Below, piece after piece: positions 1 through 13,817 of a DNA stretch of 64,000 bases. The translations under genes and the position numbers were made by a program. The stretch spans positions 76,260,001-76,324,000 of the forward strand of contig NC_083223.1 of NCBI RefSeq assembly GCF_032191835.1, written 5' to 3'. The notes beneath the pieces are model-generated. The model worked only from the letters and a program-made list of their open reading frames with translations. It ran no database searches and was not told the origin of the DNA. The stretch is from Heteronotia binoei. Lineage: Eukaryota. Numbering within the stretch: position 1 is the stretch's first letter; each line of letters starts with the position of its first letter.

Positions 1-91
1 CATGCAAGCATTTCCACAGACTTGCGGTGTTTGAGCTGGCCACTGGCCACGGTAGTTGCTACCAGTTAAACCACTGGTTGAAGCAAGATGT

Positions 92-225
92 ATCAGGAAG
101 GGTATTCGGGTTCGTCTGTCTGTAGCAAGAGAAAAAAAAAGTAAAAGTCCAGTAGCACTTTAAAGACTGCCAAAAATGTGTGGCAGGGTAGGAGCTTTCG
201 TGAGTCACTGCTCACTTCTTCAGAT
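92..225 (-). mobile_element. Penelope-like element terminal fragment with hammerhead-core remnant
   Basis: Minus strand reads CTGAAGA-A-GTGAG-cagtga-CTCAC-GAAA-GC-TC followed by the gtctttaaa-gtgctactggac segment shared with copies at about 14770, 24150 and 60930. Stem I is disrupted. Confidence 0.65.
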
Positions 226-249
226 GGTTAAAGCTGTGCATTGTTCGCT

Positions 250-660
250 AGGATTTGCCTGTGCCATACACAGAGCGGCTAGCTACTCATTTGTCGAGTA
301 AAGTGGTGCACCAGCTCCGCAAACTCTTCCCTTATGAGGAAATCCTTTACATATATATTATTATTATTATTTTTGTTTTTGCGTGTCCCATAGGTAGAGC
401 GCTTGGCTTCTTCTTACAGATAGTCAACCCCGGCTGGCGTGGAAGCTCCCACTGCAACCTCAACCCGTTCTGAGGGGCATCTTGCCTGAGGCCCTGCAGG
501 GGGCAGACTAACTTACGAGGCTTCTGTCTCAGTCTCATAACCATTCAGTGGGCGGGGCCTGGAGAATGGAATGGAGGGCGTCGAATTGCTTTCTTGTGGG
601 CAGCTTGTGGGTAAGATTGTGTGTTGAGGGGGAGCCAAATCGCTTGGAAAATTCTGTGTA
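250..660 (+). promoter_or_regulatory. Weak CpG-enriched candidate promoter region
   Basis: More CpG than the flanks, GGGCGGGG at 550-557, followed by a strong splice donor at 611. Confidence 0.35.
571..610 (+). CDS. MEI4: Candidate first coding exon of MEI4 (MEGVELLSCGQLV + 1 nt)
   Basis: ATG at 571 in good Kozak context, donor G|GTAAGA at 611. The exon ends in phase 1, matching the phase-1 acceptor at 32127. GC box at 550-557 and locally elevated CpG. No homology check was possible. Confidence 0.4.
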
Positions 661-1659
661 GGTTCATGTGCTAGGTTTTTTAGGAAAGAATCTGGAGGGG
701 TGTCAAGTTTCTAATATGTGTCCTATTAAATTAATTATCTGGAAAAGCTTTGTTCCTCAGATTAGAGAACATCCAAAGAAAAAATCCTCTATGTGGGACA
801 GCTGTACTTTTAGAGAATACCCTTTCTGATGAGTTTTCTCCTTTGAGGGCATATACATCAGTTGCTGGAATAATATCATTAAACTAACTAATTAACTAAC
901 AGCAAAAACCCTGAACAATGTATGAATTATAACAGCAGCATGAGGTATCCACAATAAGGAAATAGATATTCTCTCTGTTATATTGCTAATATTGGAGGAA
1001 TGATTAAAAAACCATTTTTTTTAGAGAAAACAGTTGGAATATCTTTGCTTTATTGATATGAGCTTTTGAGTTACACAAAAGTGATCACCATCAACTTCTA
1101 AGAGGATACTTGTTGGCAGTATATAACACTAACAGTGCAATCCTAGAATTACTTTCTGCAGAATAAGCCCCACTGAGTAGATTTCAGTAGGATTCTGAGT
1201 AGATTGACATAGGATCGTACTATCTGAGTGCTAAACTAATGCCAAAGCAGCATCATTTTGTGGAATACTTTTTAACAGAAAACATTTAACACACTTGTTT
1301 GCCAACTGGTCTTCATCTGTTACTGCAGCACCAAGACTACCACAACTAAAATACAGATTTCACAGTTTTACAGATTATTATGGAATTAAATCTTTTGGGT
1401 GTTCTGGGCTCAGGGTCAGGGACAAGTGATGCATTTTCAGTATATCTTCTAGCTGCAGTCCTTTTTGCTTTCTCTGTTGATTTATGTAGAGAAAACGATG
1501 TGGTCTGCATGCGGTGTGTTTGTGTGTCTCATTCACACCAGCCTGTTGTCCCAATGGTCTGAAATGAATATGGACACGTATGGTTTTCACTATCATACTT
1601 TCCCCTAGCTTTAGCTATCCTTAATTGTTTCTGCACCCCATGTACATTGTTTCTGCACC

Positions 1660-2628
1660 CCATGTTCATGAATGATTTAGAGTTGGGAGTGAGCAGTGAA
1701 GTGGCCAAGTTTGCGGATGACACTAAATTGTTCAGGGGGGTGAGAATCAGAGAGGATTGTGAGGAACTCCAAAGGGATCTGTTGAGGCTGGGTGAGTGGG
1801 TGTCACCGTGGCAGATGCGGTTCAATGTGGCCAAGTGCAAAGTAATGCACATTGGGGCCAAGAATCCCAGCTACAAATACAAGATGGGGTGTGAACTGGC
1901 AGAGACTGACCAAGAGAGAGTTCTTGGGGTCGTGGTAGATAACTCACTGAAAATGTCAAGATAGTGTGCGTTTGCAATAAAAAAGGCCAACGCCATGCTG
2001 GGAATTATTAGGAAGGGAATTGAAAACAAATCAGCCAGTATCATAATGCCCCTGTATAAATCGATGGTGCGGTCTCATTTGGAGTACTATGTGCAGTTCT
2101 GGTCGCCGCACCTCAAAAAGGATATTATAGCATTGGAGAAAGTCCAGAAAAGGGCAACTAGAATGATTAAGGGGCTGGAACACTTTCCCTATGAAGAAAG
2201 GTTGAAACGCTTGGGACTCTTTAGCTTGGAGAAACGTCGACTGCGGGGTGACATGATAGAGGTTTACAAGATAATGCATGGTATGGAGAAAGTAGAGAAA
2301 GAAGTACTTTTCTCCCTTTCTCACAATACAAGAACTCGTGGGCATTCGATGAAATTGCTGAGCAGCCAGGTTAAAACGGATAAAAGGAAGTCCTTCTTCA
2401 CCCAAAGGGTGATTAACATGTGGAATTCACTGCCACAGGAGGTGGTGGCGGCCACAAGCATAGCCAGCTTCAAGAGGGGTTTAGATAAAAATATGGAGCA
2501 GAGGTCCATCAGTGGCTATTAGCCACAGTGTGTGTGTATATATAAATTTTTTTGCCACTGTGTGACACAGAGTGTTGGACTGGATGGGCCATTGGCCTGA
2601 TCCAACACGGCTTCTCTTATGTTCTTAT
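1660..2628 (+). mobile_element. CR1 LINE, 5'-truncated (RT C-terminal part and 3' UTR)
   Basis: ORFs 1647-1964 (FADDTKL) and 1995-2522 (QFWSPHLKKD, LFSLEKRRLRGD). 3' UTR contains (TG)n(TA)n and ends in a ttatgttcttat tail. Confidence 0.95.
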
Positions 2629-2974
2629 CTCTTTTTCATTTTGTTCCATCTCATTTCCCAGCTGTCCACACTTCTGTGCCTTGGGAACTGTTAGCATATG
2701 TTTAGATTACACTATCCAGTAGGGACATTAGTAAATATTATGATGATGAAACCGAATTGTGTAGAATATGGCTAGATATTTCTTTCACAGCTCTCATGCC
2801 ATGTGGATTCTTATGTTTCGTTGTCTTCTAGATTTATATAGTCTGAGTATTGAAAGGCAGATAATCAGGTCAGTGCCCTCATTCACAGTACAGAAGTTAA
2901 TGTGAATCTCTGGGCAAAGCCCTGTACAACTGATCACAGTTCAAAGGCATTCAGTCTTGTTTCCAGCTCTCTGG

Positions 2975-3150
2975 AAGAGCCAGTGTGGTGTTGTGGGTAG
3001 AGTATTGGACTAGAGTCAGGGAGGCCAAGGTTTGAATACTGACTCTACCATCAAAGCTTGAGTGACTGACTAGTCACTATCTATATACCTAATCTACCTC
3101 ACAGGATGGTGATTGTGAGGATAAAAGAGAAAACAGAGAATAATGACATT
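2975..3150 (+). mobile_element. Old tRNA-derived SINE
   Basis: gagccagtgtggtgttgtggg A-box-like head, ggtttgaatac B-box-like motif and ctacctcacagg..ttgtgaggataaaa body. Confidence 0.65.
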
Positions 3151-5857
3151 AGGTTTGTGGAGAACTGTGGTTTATAGTTATTTAACAGTGTAATTCTATG
3201 CAGTTACTCCAGTCTAAAACCCATAGATTTAGATTGGAGTAATTGCATGGTAAATAACCTTGGTCAGGGGCCCCCAACGTTTTTGAATTTGCAGACATAT
3301 TTGAAATTCTGGGGCGCAGCAACAAAATGGCTGCTATGGGAGGCAGAGCCAGTCATTACAGCTTAACTTCAGTAACACAGCACAGATTTGTGCAGTGGTG
3401 GCAAGTGTCAGGCATGCATATTTCTGAGTGCTATGATGGTCCATTAGGCAAAGAGCAGAATACCAAGCTCCCCTGCTCCCCCCTCTTTTCCAACCTAAGG
3501 GCAGTAATAAATCCATCTGGCCCAAGGATGTTTAGGTTAGCCTTGCTGGTAACAGTGCAATGTGCCTCTCCCCCAGATTCACACAGACAGGTCTTATCTA
3601 CTAGCAGAGAAAGTGTGAGAAAGGGAGATGTTTTTATTAACCTATATTCCTTAGTAGTAAAAGAAATACTTTGTAGTAACCTTTGAACACGTGACTCAAA
3701 TTGCATCTGTATGTTATTCTTTGAAGCTACCCTATAAAGTAACTATGTAAGTCTGTATACGTCATTACTTCCAAGGATCCTGTCCTTGGCAAAGTTATGG
3801 AGTTTCTACAATAAAACCACTTTTGATTCAATAACAATTATTGGGAAATATCGATGCTTAATAGCAAGCAGCTGCTGCCAAAGCAATGTTTTCTAATGTC
3901 TGCAAAACCAATCAGATCTCCAGTAGTCAATCAGAAATCTTGCTGCTCAGAATCCCTACTATGCCCTGCTCACTTCCTACAAACACTTGGCAGGTGTCAG
4001 AAAATGTGTCAGTGGGCACCATTTGACAATCCTTGATCTAGGTAACGTATGGAGCTTATCATTCCACCAAAACGTGGCTTATGGTTTCTTGTCATATGAA
4101 GCTTCACATTACTGTAGACCTAAAGTCACTGTAGACATGTGATCTGTCAGGCTAAACCTTTATTTTATTGTCTTTATCTGATGACACTATCAGGCAACAA
4201 CAGTACCTGATATGAAGAAAGAAAGGGGGGTTGCTTGTTGGATTAATGCATGTTAATAATTTAAAGTGGTTTTTTTAAGTCTCAAGTTTATTTTTATAAT
4301 GATCCGCTTCTGATGGTGATAAAACTGTTGTTGGGGAAGATGCTTTTGTTTCTGTAAGTTTCTGCTCTTCATGCTACTGTCCATTTTAAGACCTCTTCTA
4401 TTATTAAAGAGAAAAACTGCATGCTGTTCAGTGATTCTATATTCTTACAGGCAAGAGATTTTTCTGAGACCATGAAGAAGAGACTGGTACAGAACCGTAT
4501 TCTTGTTTACTATATATGGTATTCGAAGTTTCAGACTTTCAGCCTTTTAGTGCATCTTGCCAATACTTATTTGTAAAAAATTACTGTGCTCTAGTGCTGC
4601 CCCCCGCTTCTTTGAGACCCGGGGGCCTAACACTGTCATAATGGTGACTGTTGTGCTGCTGCTGCCACCAAGCTAGGCAGAAAGGGATGGAGACTGCCTG
4701 TGTGGTGTTTGTGGCTCTGGCATGCCAATCATTTGCCATTAGCATCTTGGTTTCTTCTTCCTGTAACCTTAAAAGGCTAATCACCATTTGAAATTGTAAA
4801 AGAGAGAGTGAGCAAGCATTGCACATGGAGTTACCATGGCACTGTGTGGTTTCCCGCTTACTGCAATTTCCACTCAATTCAGGCATGAAGGCCAGTGGCA
4901 AATTGCTGGCTGCGATAGCTCAGGTATTGAGAAATTGTATAGCTTAAAAACCCTGTGTTTGTATATAATTGCAGTCTTTTTACTTTTATTATCCAAACAT
5001 GTTTGCTTCTGTGAAATACTTGAAACCCTGAGTTCATCAGAGTTCAATGGAATATGTTGGTTGCTGTTTCCATTGTGAACTTCGTTTATAATATGTTAAA
5101 ATTCTGGTAAGTACATAAAGCAATAGCTGGATAATTCTGTGGAGGCTGGTCCACTTGGGCAGATGGAACATTGCCCCACCAATTCAGGCTGCCCTTAACC
5201 TCTTCTGCCTGCCTCTTTATTGTCCTCACCAGACAGTCCAGAGGCGGCAGTCAGTCAGCTAAGTTTGTCTGTGTTTAGCACAGCACCAAAATAAAAAAGT
5301 CCCTCCCTATGAAAGCAAGAAGACTTTCCCCCCTTTAAGTCAGGCCCATCCACACAAGTATATTAGTTCATTTGATAGGAGATCTTGTCCTTATGGCTCC
5401 CTCTAAGTCCCTTATTGGTCAGTAGATTCATAAGAACTTATTGATGAGGACTGCCAGCCTTTCTTCTTTCTCAAGGGTCAGGAAGAGAAGGTCAAAGTGG
5501 CTAATCAGGGCCTCACATAGATGGAGAAATAATGTGACAAAATTAATGAAGACCCAATAAATTTGTGCACTGCCTCTTTAAAGCCTCCATTTTGCCCCTA
5601 ATCAGAATCAGGCCCATGCAGTAGAGTGAACCCAGGGTGTGTGTGAGCATGCTTGTTTATTTGGCACATGAACATTTGAACCCGCCTCTTATAGAGGAAA
5701 AGGGGTCCATTTTCTTTTAGTAAGAAGCGAAACCCTTTTTAGTAAGAAGCGAGAGAATTCCTACAGGTATGTATCTCACAATAAAATTTTGCAGCAAAGA
5801 CAATATGAAAAAAAAATTGCTCCTAGTGTGAAGGGCAGACAACATTGTCCATCACTA

Positions 5858-6050
5858 CAGAGTTGCCAGCTCCAGGTTGGGAAATTTCTGGAGATTTGAG
5901 GGGTGGAGTCTGGAGAGGGCAGGGTTTGAAGAAGGGAGTGTATAGCCCTATAAAGTCCACCTTCCAAAGCAGCCATTTTGTCCAGGGGGACAGATTTCCG
6001 TTATCTGGACATCAGTTGTAATCCCAGGGGATATCCAGCCACCACTTGAG
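5858..6050. mobile_element. Degraded non-autonomous DNA transposon (tagggttgcc family) fragment
   Basis: Begins agagttgccagctccaggttgggaaat, resembling the termini of the elements at 12851 and 45141. Confidence 0.45.
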
Positions 6051-6839
6051 GAGTCAGCCTTTTATCAGGCTCTGAGAAATTGAGAGGAAGGGTTGTGGTA
6101 GGTAACTCCTTCAGCAACTCAGTTGTTGAACGTAACATGTCCTCAAGGAAAAGGTTTTAACTTCCCCTCCCCCATAAACTTCCTTTCTCAACGATAATCA
6201 AACCTCCAGTCTGTAGTGCTATATGCACTAGTTTGAGAGTGAATCATATTGAATATAGTGGGACTTACTTATGAGTAAACATGCATAAGTTTGCACCAGG
6301 AGTCTTAACATGAAGGTACTCTGCACATGGTCACCAGAACTTATGAAAAATGCTGGCTCCTGAAAGTCTCATTTGGAACCAACAAGCCTTAATCTGGTTT
6401 GGGTTAGTTGGGTTTTATATTTGGGTTAGGTTGAATATTTAATTGCTTATCGGTGTGGAAATGTGTTCAGGTTCTGCATATGTCAAAAGAAAGACTTCCT
6501 TGCTTTGTGTTGTTATTTAACATGGAAAACAAAATACTGAGCTAGGATTGTTGGTGACTTGGGGATCAAATTGAAATCCATGGTACTCGTAGAGCTCTTC
6601 TTTCTCTCTTCTGATTAGTGGGGTTTAGGAAAGGGGGTATGGCGCAGGATTTCTTTCTTGAACTGGGTGCTCCTGCTGTTACTGGGAACTCAGTAGCCAA
6701 ATGAGGAGTTGCATTAGGATGGTACCCACAAAAAGATCAGTTAAGTGTTCAGAAACTGTACTGCGGTGTTTAAATGTTTTTTGTATCACCCCGAGGGAGG
6801 TGAATGGGGGACAGAACCAGAATTAGTAGGCTGCAGCTT

Positions 6840-7202
6840 CAGTGCCGGATTAAACCCTGTGGAGGCCCCTAGGCAGTCAAAATCTCATGGCCCCCCCTTG
6901 GAAATTACCTCAGAGTCGAAGCAACTGCCCCACCACCCCTGCTGGAGCCTTCAGGCACCTTATAAAAAGTCCCTTTGACAAAGCTGCATGGGAGAGGCAA
7001 AGAGAGGCAAACTTGGCAATAACACCAGCAGCAGCCACACCAGACAAGTCAGGCAAAGAGTGGCTCAGTTGTTGGCTGCACATGCAGGCTGGGAGGCTGC
7101 AAGCAGGGGGGGAATCGAGGACGGGGAGCTGGCCTGGGGCCCCTAAAGGCATGGGGGCCCATAGGCCAGTGCCTACTTGGCCTAATTGTTAATCCAACCC
7201 TG
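6840..7202. mobile_element. hAT MITE
   Basis: TIRs cagtgccggattaa / ttaatccaaccctg. Perfect 8-bp TSD tgcagctt (6832-6839, 7203-7210). Confidence 0.85.
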
Positions 7203-7911
7203 TGCAGCTTCACCTAGCATTTGCCCTCTGCCCCAGTCAGCCCTGAAGGGTATCAGCTGCCACTGTAATTGTTATATCTGTGTTTTAGAGCCATAAAACT
7301 TACTTGGTAGAGGATTTGTTCAGATTTGTGGAATGTAATTTATTGTGTGGGGAGTGTCTTGAGTATTCTTTTGGAAGCTGCTTCATTTGGAATACCCTGT
7401 AGAGTCAAATCCACACTCACTGTTGACCTGGCTCATTGGTGTTGTCCTTTATTATATACTCACAGCAATCAGACTGGTTTTATGGAAGTGTTACTTACCA
7501 TTATAGTTACTGCATGCTTCTTCACTCCATTTGAAAAAAAAGTGTTCTATTACTGCTGTATATTGTATGCTATTTTAATGATTGTTGAAAGGTCAGTTTC
7601 TTGGTAACTGAGTAGGACAGGAAGATAGCACTAGCTGTAAGTAATTTGTCGTGTTTATTTGCAGCTTTAATTTACAAGGCAATTATGACAAATATAATTT
7701 TATGAAATAGATGAAATATTATTTGTCAGATGTTCTATTATTTGTTGCTCCCTGAGTTTTCATTTGTAACCACGCAAGGAAAGGGTCGCTTATTATTGCA
7801 ATCCTTATTACAGCCTGAAACTGGATGTTACCATCACTTTGAGGCAGGCGCAGAAGATAGTAGCACCATATCTTCTCCATGTTATTCCTTGGTACTGCAT
7901 TGTGAATTAAA

Positions 7912-10348
7912 ACATGGAATCATAGAATCATAGAGTTGGAAGGGACCTCCAAGGTCATCTAGTCCAACCCCCTGCACAATGCAGGAAACTCACAAATACC
8001 TCCCCCTAAATTCACAGGATGTTCATTGCTGTCAGATAGCCTCTATTTAAAAACCTCCAAGGAAGGAGAGCCCACCACCTCCTGAGGGAGTCTGTTCCAC
8101 TGAGGAACCGCTCTAACGGTCTGGAAGTTCTTCCTAATGTTGAGATGGAAACTCTTTTGATTTAATTTGAACCCAATGTTTCTGGTCCTACCTTCTGGGG
8201 CCACAGAAAACAATTCCACACCCTCCTCTAAATGACAGCCCTTCAAGTACTTGAAGATGGTGATCATATCACCTCTCAGCTGCCTCTTCTCCAAGCTAAA
8301 CATGCCCAGCTCCTTCAACCTTTCTTCATAGAACTTTGTGTCCAGACTCCTCACCATCTTCGTTGCCCTCCTCTGGACCCTTCCAGCTTGTCCTTCTTAA
8401 AATGTGGTGCCCAAAACTGAAAACAATACTCCAGGTGAGGTCTTACCGGAGCAGAGTAAAGCAATACCATCACTTCACGTGATCTGGATACTATACTTCT
8501 GTTGATACAGCCCAAAATTGCATTTGACTCATGTTCAGGGTATGGTCCACTAAAACCCCTAGATCCTTTTCGCACATACTACTGCTAAGACGAGTCTCCC
8601 ACATCTGATAACTATGCATTGGATTTTTTCCTACCTAAATGCAGAACTTTACATTTATCCCTGTTAAAATTCATTTTATTGGCTTTAGCCCAGTTTTCCA
8701 GCCTGTCAAGGTCATCCTGTATCCTGTTTCTTTTTTCTACTGTATTTGCAACCCCTCCCAATTTAGTATAATCTGCAAACTTAATAAGCATTCCCTCTAT
8801 TCCTTCATCCAGATCATTTATAAAAATGTTGAACCAAACAGGTCCCAGGACAGATCCTTGAGGCACTGCACTAGTCACTCCTCTCCAAGAGAATGAGGAA
8901 CCATTCACAAGCACTCTTTGGGTGCGATCTGTCAACCAGCTGCAGATCCACCTAATGGTGACAGGATCTGAACCACACTTTACCAACTTGTCAACAAGGA
9001 TAATGTGTGGAACCTTATCAAAAGCTTCAATGAAATCAAGATAAACAATGTCTACAGCATTCCCCTGATCCAGCAAGGTAGTCATTTTCTCAAAAAAAGA
9101 GATCAGCTTAGTCTGACATGACTTGTTCTTGAGAAACCCATGCTGGGTCTTAGTAATCACAGCCATCCTTTCTAAATGTTCCAGGACTGACTGTTTGATG
9201 ATTTGTTCTAAAACTAGATGACAAGCTGACAGGTCAGTAGTTACCCAGATCCTCCTTTTTCCCCTTCTTGAAGATGGGGACAACATTCACTCGCCTCCAA
9301 TCTCCCGGCACCTCTGTTCTCCAAGAATTCTCAAAAATACTAGCCAGAAGTTCAGAAATTACATCTGCAAGCTCTTTTAGAACCCTTGGATGCAGTTCAT
9401 CTGGCCCTGAGGACTAAGTTTCATTTAAAGAAATGAGGTGTTTATGTACTACCCCTACACTGATCCTAGGTTGGAACTTCATATCCTCATTATATGTTCT
9501 GTTTTTGCCATGTTGAGCACTTTCCCTCAGAAGAGAAGACGGGAAAAGTAGGAATTGAGCAGTTCCTCCCTCTCTTCATTACCTGTTACAATTTCACTTT
9601 CCTGCCCTTGTAATGGGCCTACATTGTCCTTGCTCTTTTTCTTACTCTGAACATAAGAAAATAACCCTTTTTTGTTTTTAGCATCTTTGGCCAGCCTAAG
9701 CTCATACTGAGCTTTAGCTTTCCTAACTTTTTCTCTACTTGCATTGGTAATTTGTTTATATTCATCTTTGGTTCTAAGGCCCTCCTTCCAATTCCAAAAG
9801 AAGTCTATTTTATTTCTCAAGTCTTTAGAGAGCTGTTTACGGCACTAACTCGACTTCTTTAGGCTTCTTCAATTTTTTCTTCTCATAGGAATCGTCTGTG
9901 ATTGTGCTTTCAGTATTTCTCTTTTAAGAAACTCCCATCCCTCCTGAACCCCCTTCTTCCTAAGTATTTCTGACGATGGGATTTTACTCAGCATAGTTCT
10001 AAGTTTGTTGAAGTCTGCTTTTCTGAAGTTCAACCTATAAGTCTGACTACGTATAGCTTTTCCCTTCACTAAAACTGTAAATTCCAAAATCACATGGTCA
10101 CTACTGCCCAGGGTGCCCACTATTTCTACTTCTTCAATCAATTCTTCCGTGTTGGTGAGAATCAAATTCAAGATAGAAGATCCCTTTGTTTCCTTTTTCA
10201 CTTTCTGGAAAAGGAAGTTGTCAGCAAGATAAGTCAGGAATCTATTTGACCTTTCATTTTTAGCAGAGTTGGACTTCCAACAGATGTCCAGGTAATTGAA
10301 ATCTCCCATGATCACTGTGTCCTTTCTCTTGGAGAACTTTGCAATCTG
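7912..10348 (-). mobile_element. CR1 LINE (second subfamily), ORF2 endonuclease through RT, decayed
   Basis: Minus-strand ORFs 9869-10372 (APE endonuclease, MGDFNY, GSSDHV), 8612-9286 (QGSVLGP, FADYTKL) and 8043-8357. 3' tail (catagaat)n near 7912-7935. Confidence 0.95.
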
Positions 10349-12274
10349 TTGTAGGAGTATTAAAACAAACATGTGACATGATTAATTGCCCTACCCCCAC
10401 AAATGGCATCCAGTGGACTGGCATGAAGGGAAAAGATGAATTTGTAATGGATTTCCATCTTTGGTGTTTCCAAGAAGGAAGAGAAAGAACTGGGCCTCTA
10501 GTATTAGCAGTAGCCATGCATCAACCATAAATGTCTAACAGTGAAGATAGGTAGGCTTTTGTATTTGGTTGCAGTTTGAACAGCATATTATTTTAAACAT
10601 TGATTTCTTTAGGAATAAAATGGTCAAAATCGCTTGAAACAACAGTCTTCCAAGTTTATCACTTGTAATATGAACTTTTTGTGTGTGGACTAAATAATGT
10701 TATACAATGCACTTAAATGCTGATGACAAATTCGAAGTGATTGCCAAGGTCCCCTCAGTGTGTGATCATGACTTGCTTGTTGATTTCCGTGACCCTAATT
10801 ATTTTAACATGAATTATTTATGGGTAAAATGCAATTAAGCCAATTATTTGTACTCTCCTCTTTTAGGTAAGTATTAGAATAGAGTTAGCTGATAAATAAT
10901 TTTGTTAAAAATTCTATCTGTGTTGTATTTGAACAGAAATGAAATAAATAAGTAAGCAGTACATTCCAGCCATTTGACCCTAAATTTGCTTCCTCAACAT
11001 TAAGTTCAGCTTAATTCTCTGCGCTTCCTAGTGATTAGAATTGTAGCCTGTTCAAATGCCCTTGTCTCCCATAGGAAAGAATATATAGATAGAGCAAGGC
11101 TTTTCAACTTGCAGCAAGAAAATGATAACATTTAGAAAAAAGTGCCTCAAATCAAGGAGTGATGTAAAGTCACAAGTCAGGCAGAATTAATTGGCTGATT
11201 CTTTAGTGGCCAACTAAAGTGAGTATGTGCATGGTTTCAGTCTTCTAAGTACAAGAAGAATTTTTTTTTAATATTCTGAAAGCCAAGCAGAGCAGAGGGA
11301 GGGTGAGAAAGAGATCCCAGATTGGTAGATTCTGTGTTATGATACTTTCAAACCATTTTGATTGCTGCTACTGAAGGTTATAGGACTGGATTCTTTTTCT
11401 TCACTGTATTGTGCAATTAGTGTTTCACACAATGACAAATGATAAATAATACTTTGGTTTAGTTATCCAGAAATTCATACCAAAGAAACTGAAGAACTCA
11501 GCCAAAGTGGGAGTAAAAATGCCAGCAAACCATTCTCCAGACCCCATTGCCTGTATTATTTAAGTGAATGGGTGATTCTGCCACAATTCATGTCTGGATG
11601 AGCCTTATGGAAAATTTCCATGGGGATCAAATTAGTGTTTACTTTGCTTCTTGCGAGGAGCTCTTGAGGTAGTGTGGGAACATCTACTCGTTTTCCACAT
11701 TACTGTGGTTAATCTGGTGGAGAGGGGTGGGAAAGTGAAGAATCCTGGCCAAAAAAAGAGGATTTTGTTTAGTAATCAGCCAAATTTTGGAGCAGGAGGA
11801 TAGAGCACAAACTGCTGTTTCAACCTGGAGCCTTGTTGGCTTAGTATATTTGATGAAATAGGTTTTTCTTTTAGCTAAATTTATATTACTGCCCCTCCCA
11901 TGAGGTACTGTAGCAGTACATTTAAAATATGCATCGTTAAGTGCTCCCCACTTCCCTGTAGTGGGAAGTTCCAGAGCAAGTTTCTTTTGGATGAGAGGGC
12001 CCTATTGTCCTTGTAATATTTCTTTAATTTACAAGTATACATGCATAGCATATTGGTGGAAAGCAAATACAGAAAGCACAGTTGCCGATTATGCATTATG
12101 CAAAGAGAGCAAATGCACTGCATTACTTCAGCTTTGGGCCTTCGTAGCTTGAAACTCTTGACGCTTTATCTGTCCTCAGACTGAAAACCCAAACCACTTT
12201 GGAGTCTGTAACACACCAAATGGCAGAACGTGCCATTAAAAGAGCCTTATAATTTAAAGTGTGTGGAGGAAAGG

Positions 12275-12400
12275 CAGCATGGTGTAGACTGATCTTGGAA
12301 GCTAAGCAGGATCAGTACTTGGAAGGGAGATCATCAAGGAATATTCTGCAGAGGAAGGCAGTGGCAAACCCACCTTTGCTTATCACATGCCTTGAAAGCC
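12275..12400 (+). mobile_element. 5S rRNA-derived SINE (SINE3), degraded
   Basis: gatcttggaagctaagcaggatcagtacttggaagggaga matches the 5S rRNA internal promoter region, followed by the gcagtggcaaacc..ccttgaaa body also seen at 32792. Confidence 0.7.
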
Positions 12401-12850
12401 GCTTGCTTTCAAAGCACATGTGTAGCAGCTATCCAAAGAGACATCTAAAATCACACTTGGTGGCATAGCCAAGGGCACAGCTGCCATATGTTAGGCTGTT
12501 TTTAATACAGGGTGGTGAAATGGGTTGTGAGTGGATCATATGGTATGTGTGTTTCCTTGGACTCCTTTAGTATATTGTACGCTGGTCTAGTATCGAGCTT
12601 TGCATCCTGGGTTAGCCATGAAACACACTGGGAGATTGGCCAGTCATTACCTATCAGCCTTGCAGGGCTGCTGTAAGGATAAAATGGGGTGGGGTTGAAA
12701 ACGAAAACCATGCAGGCCATCCTGAGCTACATGGAGAAAAGATGTTGTAAAAAAACCTTACCTAATACTTTCTTGCCTCCCTTTCATGGGGATAGATGCA
12801 GGCATAAGCTCAATTTCTGTTGCTTCCGTATGTAGCTGCATGGTTAGCTG

Positions 12851-13817
12851 TAGGGTTGCCAGGTCCCACTTGGGACTTTTGGGATGAAGCTAAGAGACTT
12901 TGGAGGTGGAGCCAGGGGCAAGGTTGTGACAAGCACAATTGGACTCCAAAGGGAGTTCTGGCCATTACATTTAAAAGGACCACACTCCTTTTAAATGCCT
13001 TCCTTTCATTTGAAATAATGCAGGATGGGGGGTGCCTTCTTTTGGGGCTCATAGAACTGGACCCCGTGGTCCAATCTTTTTGAATCTTGGGGTGGTTGTT
13101 GTTTTTAGTCATCAAATGCTATGTTGAAAAATTGGTTACTTCACAAAGCAGCCCTCACACACAGAGCCCCAGATATTCATAGATCGATTCTCCATTATAC
13201 CCTGTGGGGACCAAAATCCATTGGGTATAATGGAGTGCCCAGTGGACATTCAATCCCCCCCCCTCTTGATAACCCTGAAGCAGTGACAGGGCCTCCAAAC
13301 CAATGGATCCCCTGCCACCAACTGGGGATTAAGTAACAATATCATTGTGGAGTAATAATGAACAAGATTCACACTATAGGTTTGATTTGCTATTTTTGAG
13401 AGCCTGTTTGGTGTAGTGGTTAAGTGTGCGGACTCTTATCTGGGAGAACCAGGTTTGATTCCCCACTCCTCCACTTGCACCTGCTGCAATGGCCTTGGGT
13501 CAGACATAGTTATCACAGAGCTTGTCCTTGAAAGGGCAGCTTCTGTGAGGGTTCTCTCAGCCCCACCCACCTCACAGGACGTTTGTTGTGGAGGAGGAAG
13601 ATAAAGGAGATTGTGAGCCGCTCTGAGACTCTTGAGTGGAGGGCGGAATATAAATCCAATGTCGTCGTCTTCTATTACAAAATTTCAAAGGTTTATAAAA
13701 CACATATAAAATATAATTAACACAGTACTAACAACATTCATTCAATTTTCAAAGTCCATTTCATACTGGTTCTCCACATTTCCTTGATCCTGCCGTGTCT
13801 GGGGATTGGCAACACTA
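12851..13817. mobile_element. hAT MITE (tagggttgcc family) interrupted by nested insertions
   Basis: TIRs tagggttgcc / ggcaacacta. Perfect 8-bp TSD gttagctg (12843-12850, 13818-13825). Body homologous to 45141-45629. Confidence 0.85.
13398..13672 (+). mobile_element. tRNA-derived SINE (Squam3-like)
   Basis: gagagcctgtttggtgtagtggttaag A box, ggtttgattcc B box, conserved body and tail ending tataaatc..tcttct. Confidence 0.85.

Noticed and set aside
51-70. MYB-like (cagtta) and RFX-like motifs upstream of the candidate promoter
   Set aside because: Too short to be significant by eye, and separated from the GC box by a Penelope-like insertion.
4451-4518. Possible small exon with a good acceptor and an ATG at 4472
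   Set aside because: Available donors give phase 0 or 2, incompatible with the phase-1 MEI4 acceptor; the donors are weak.
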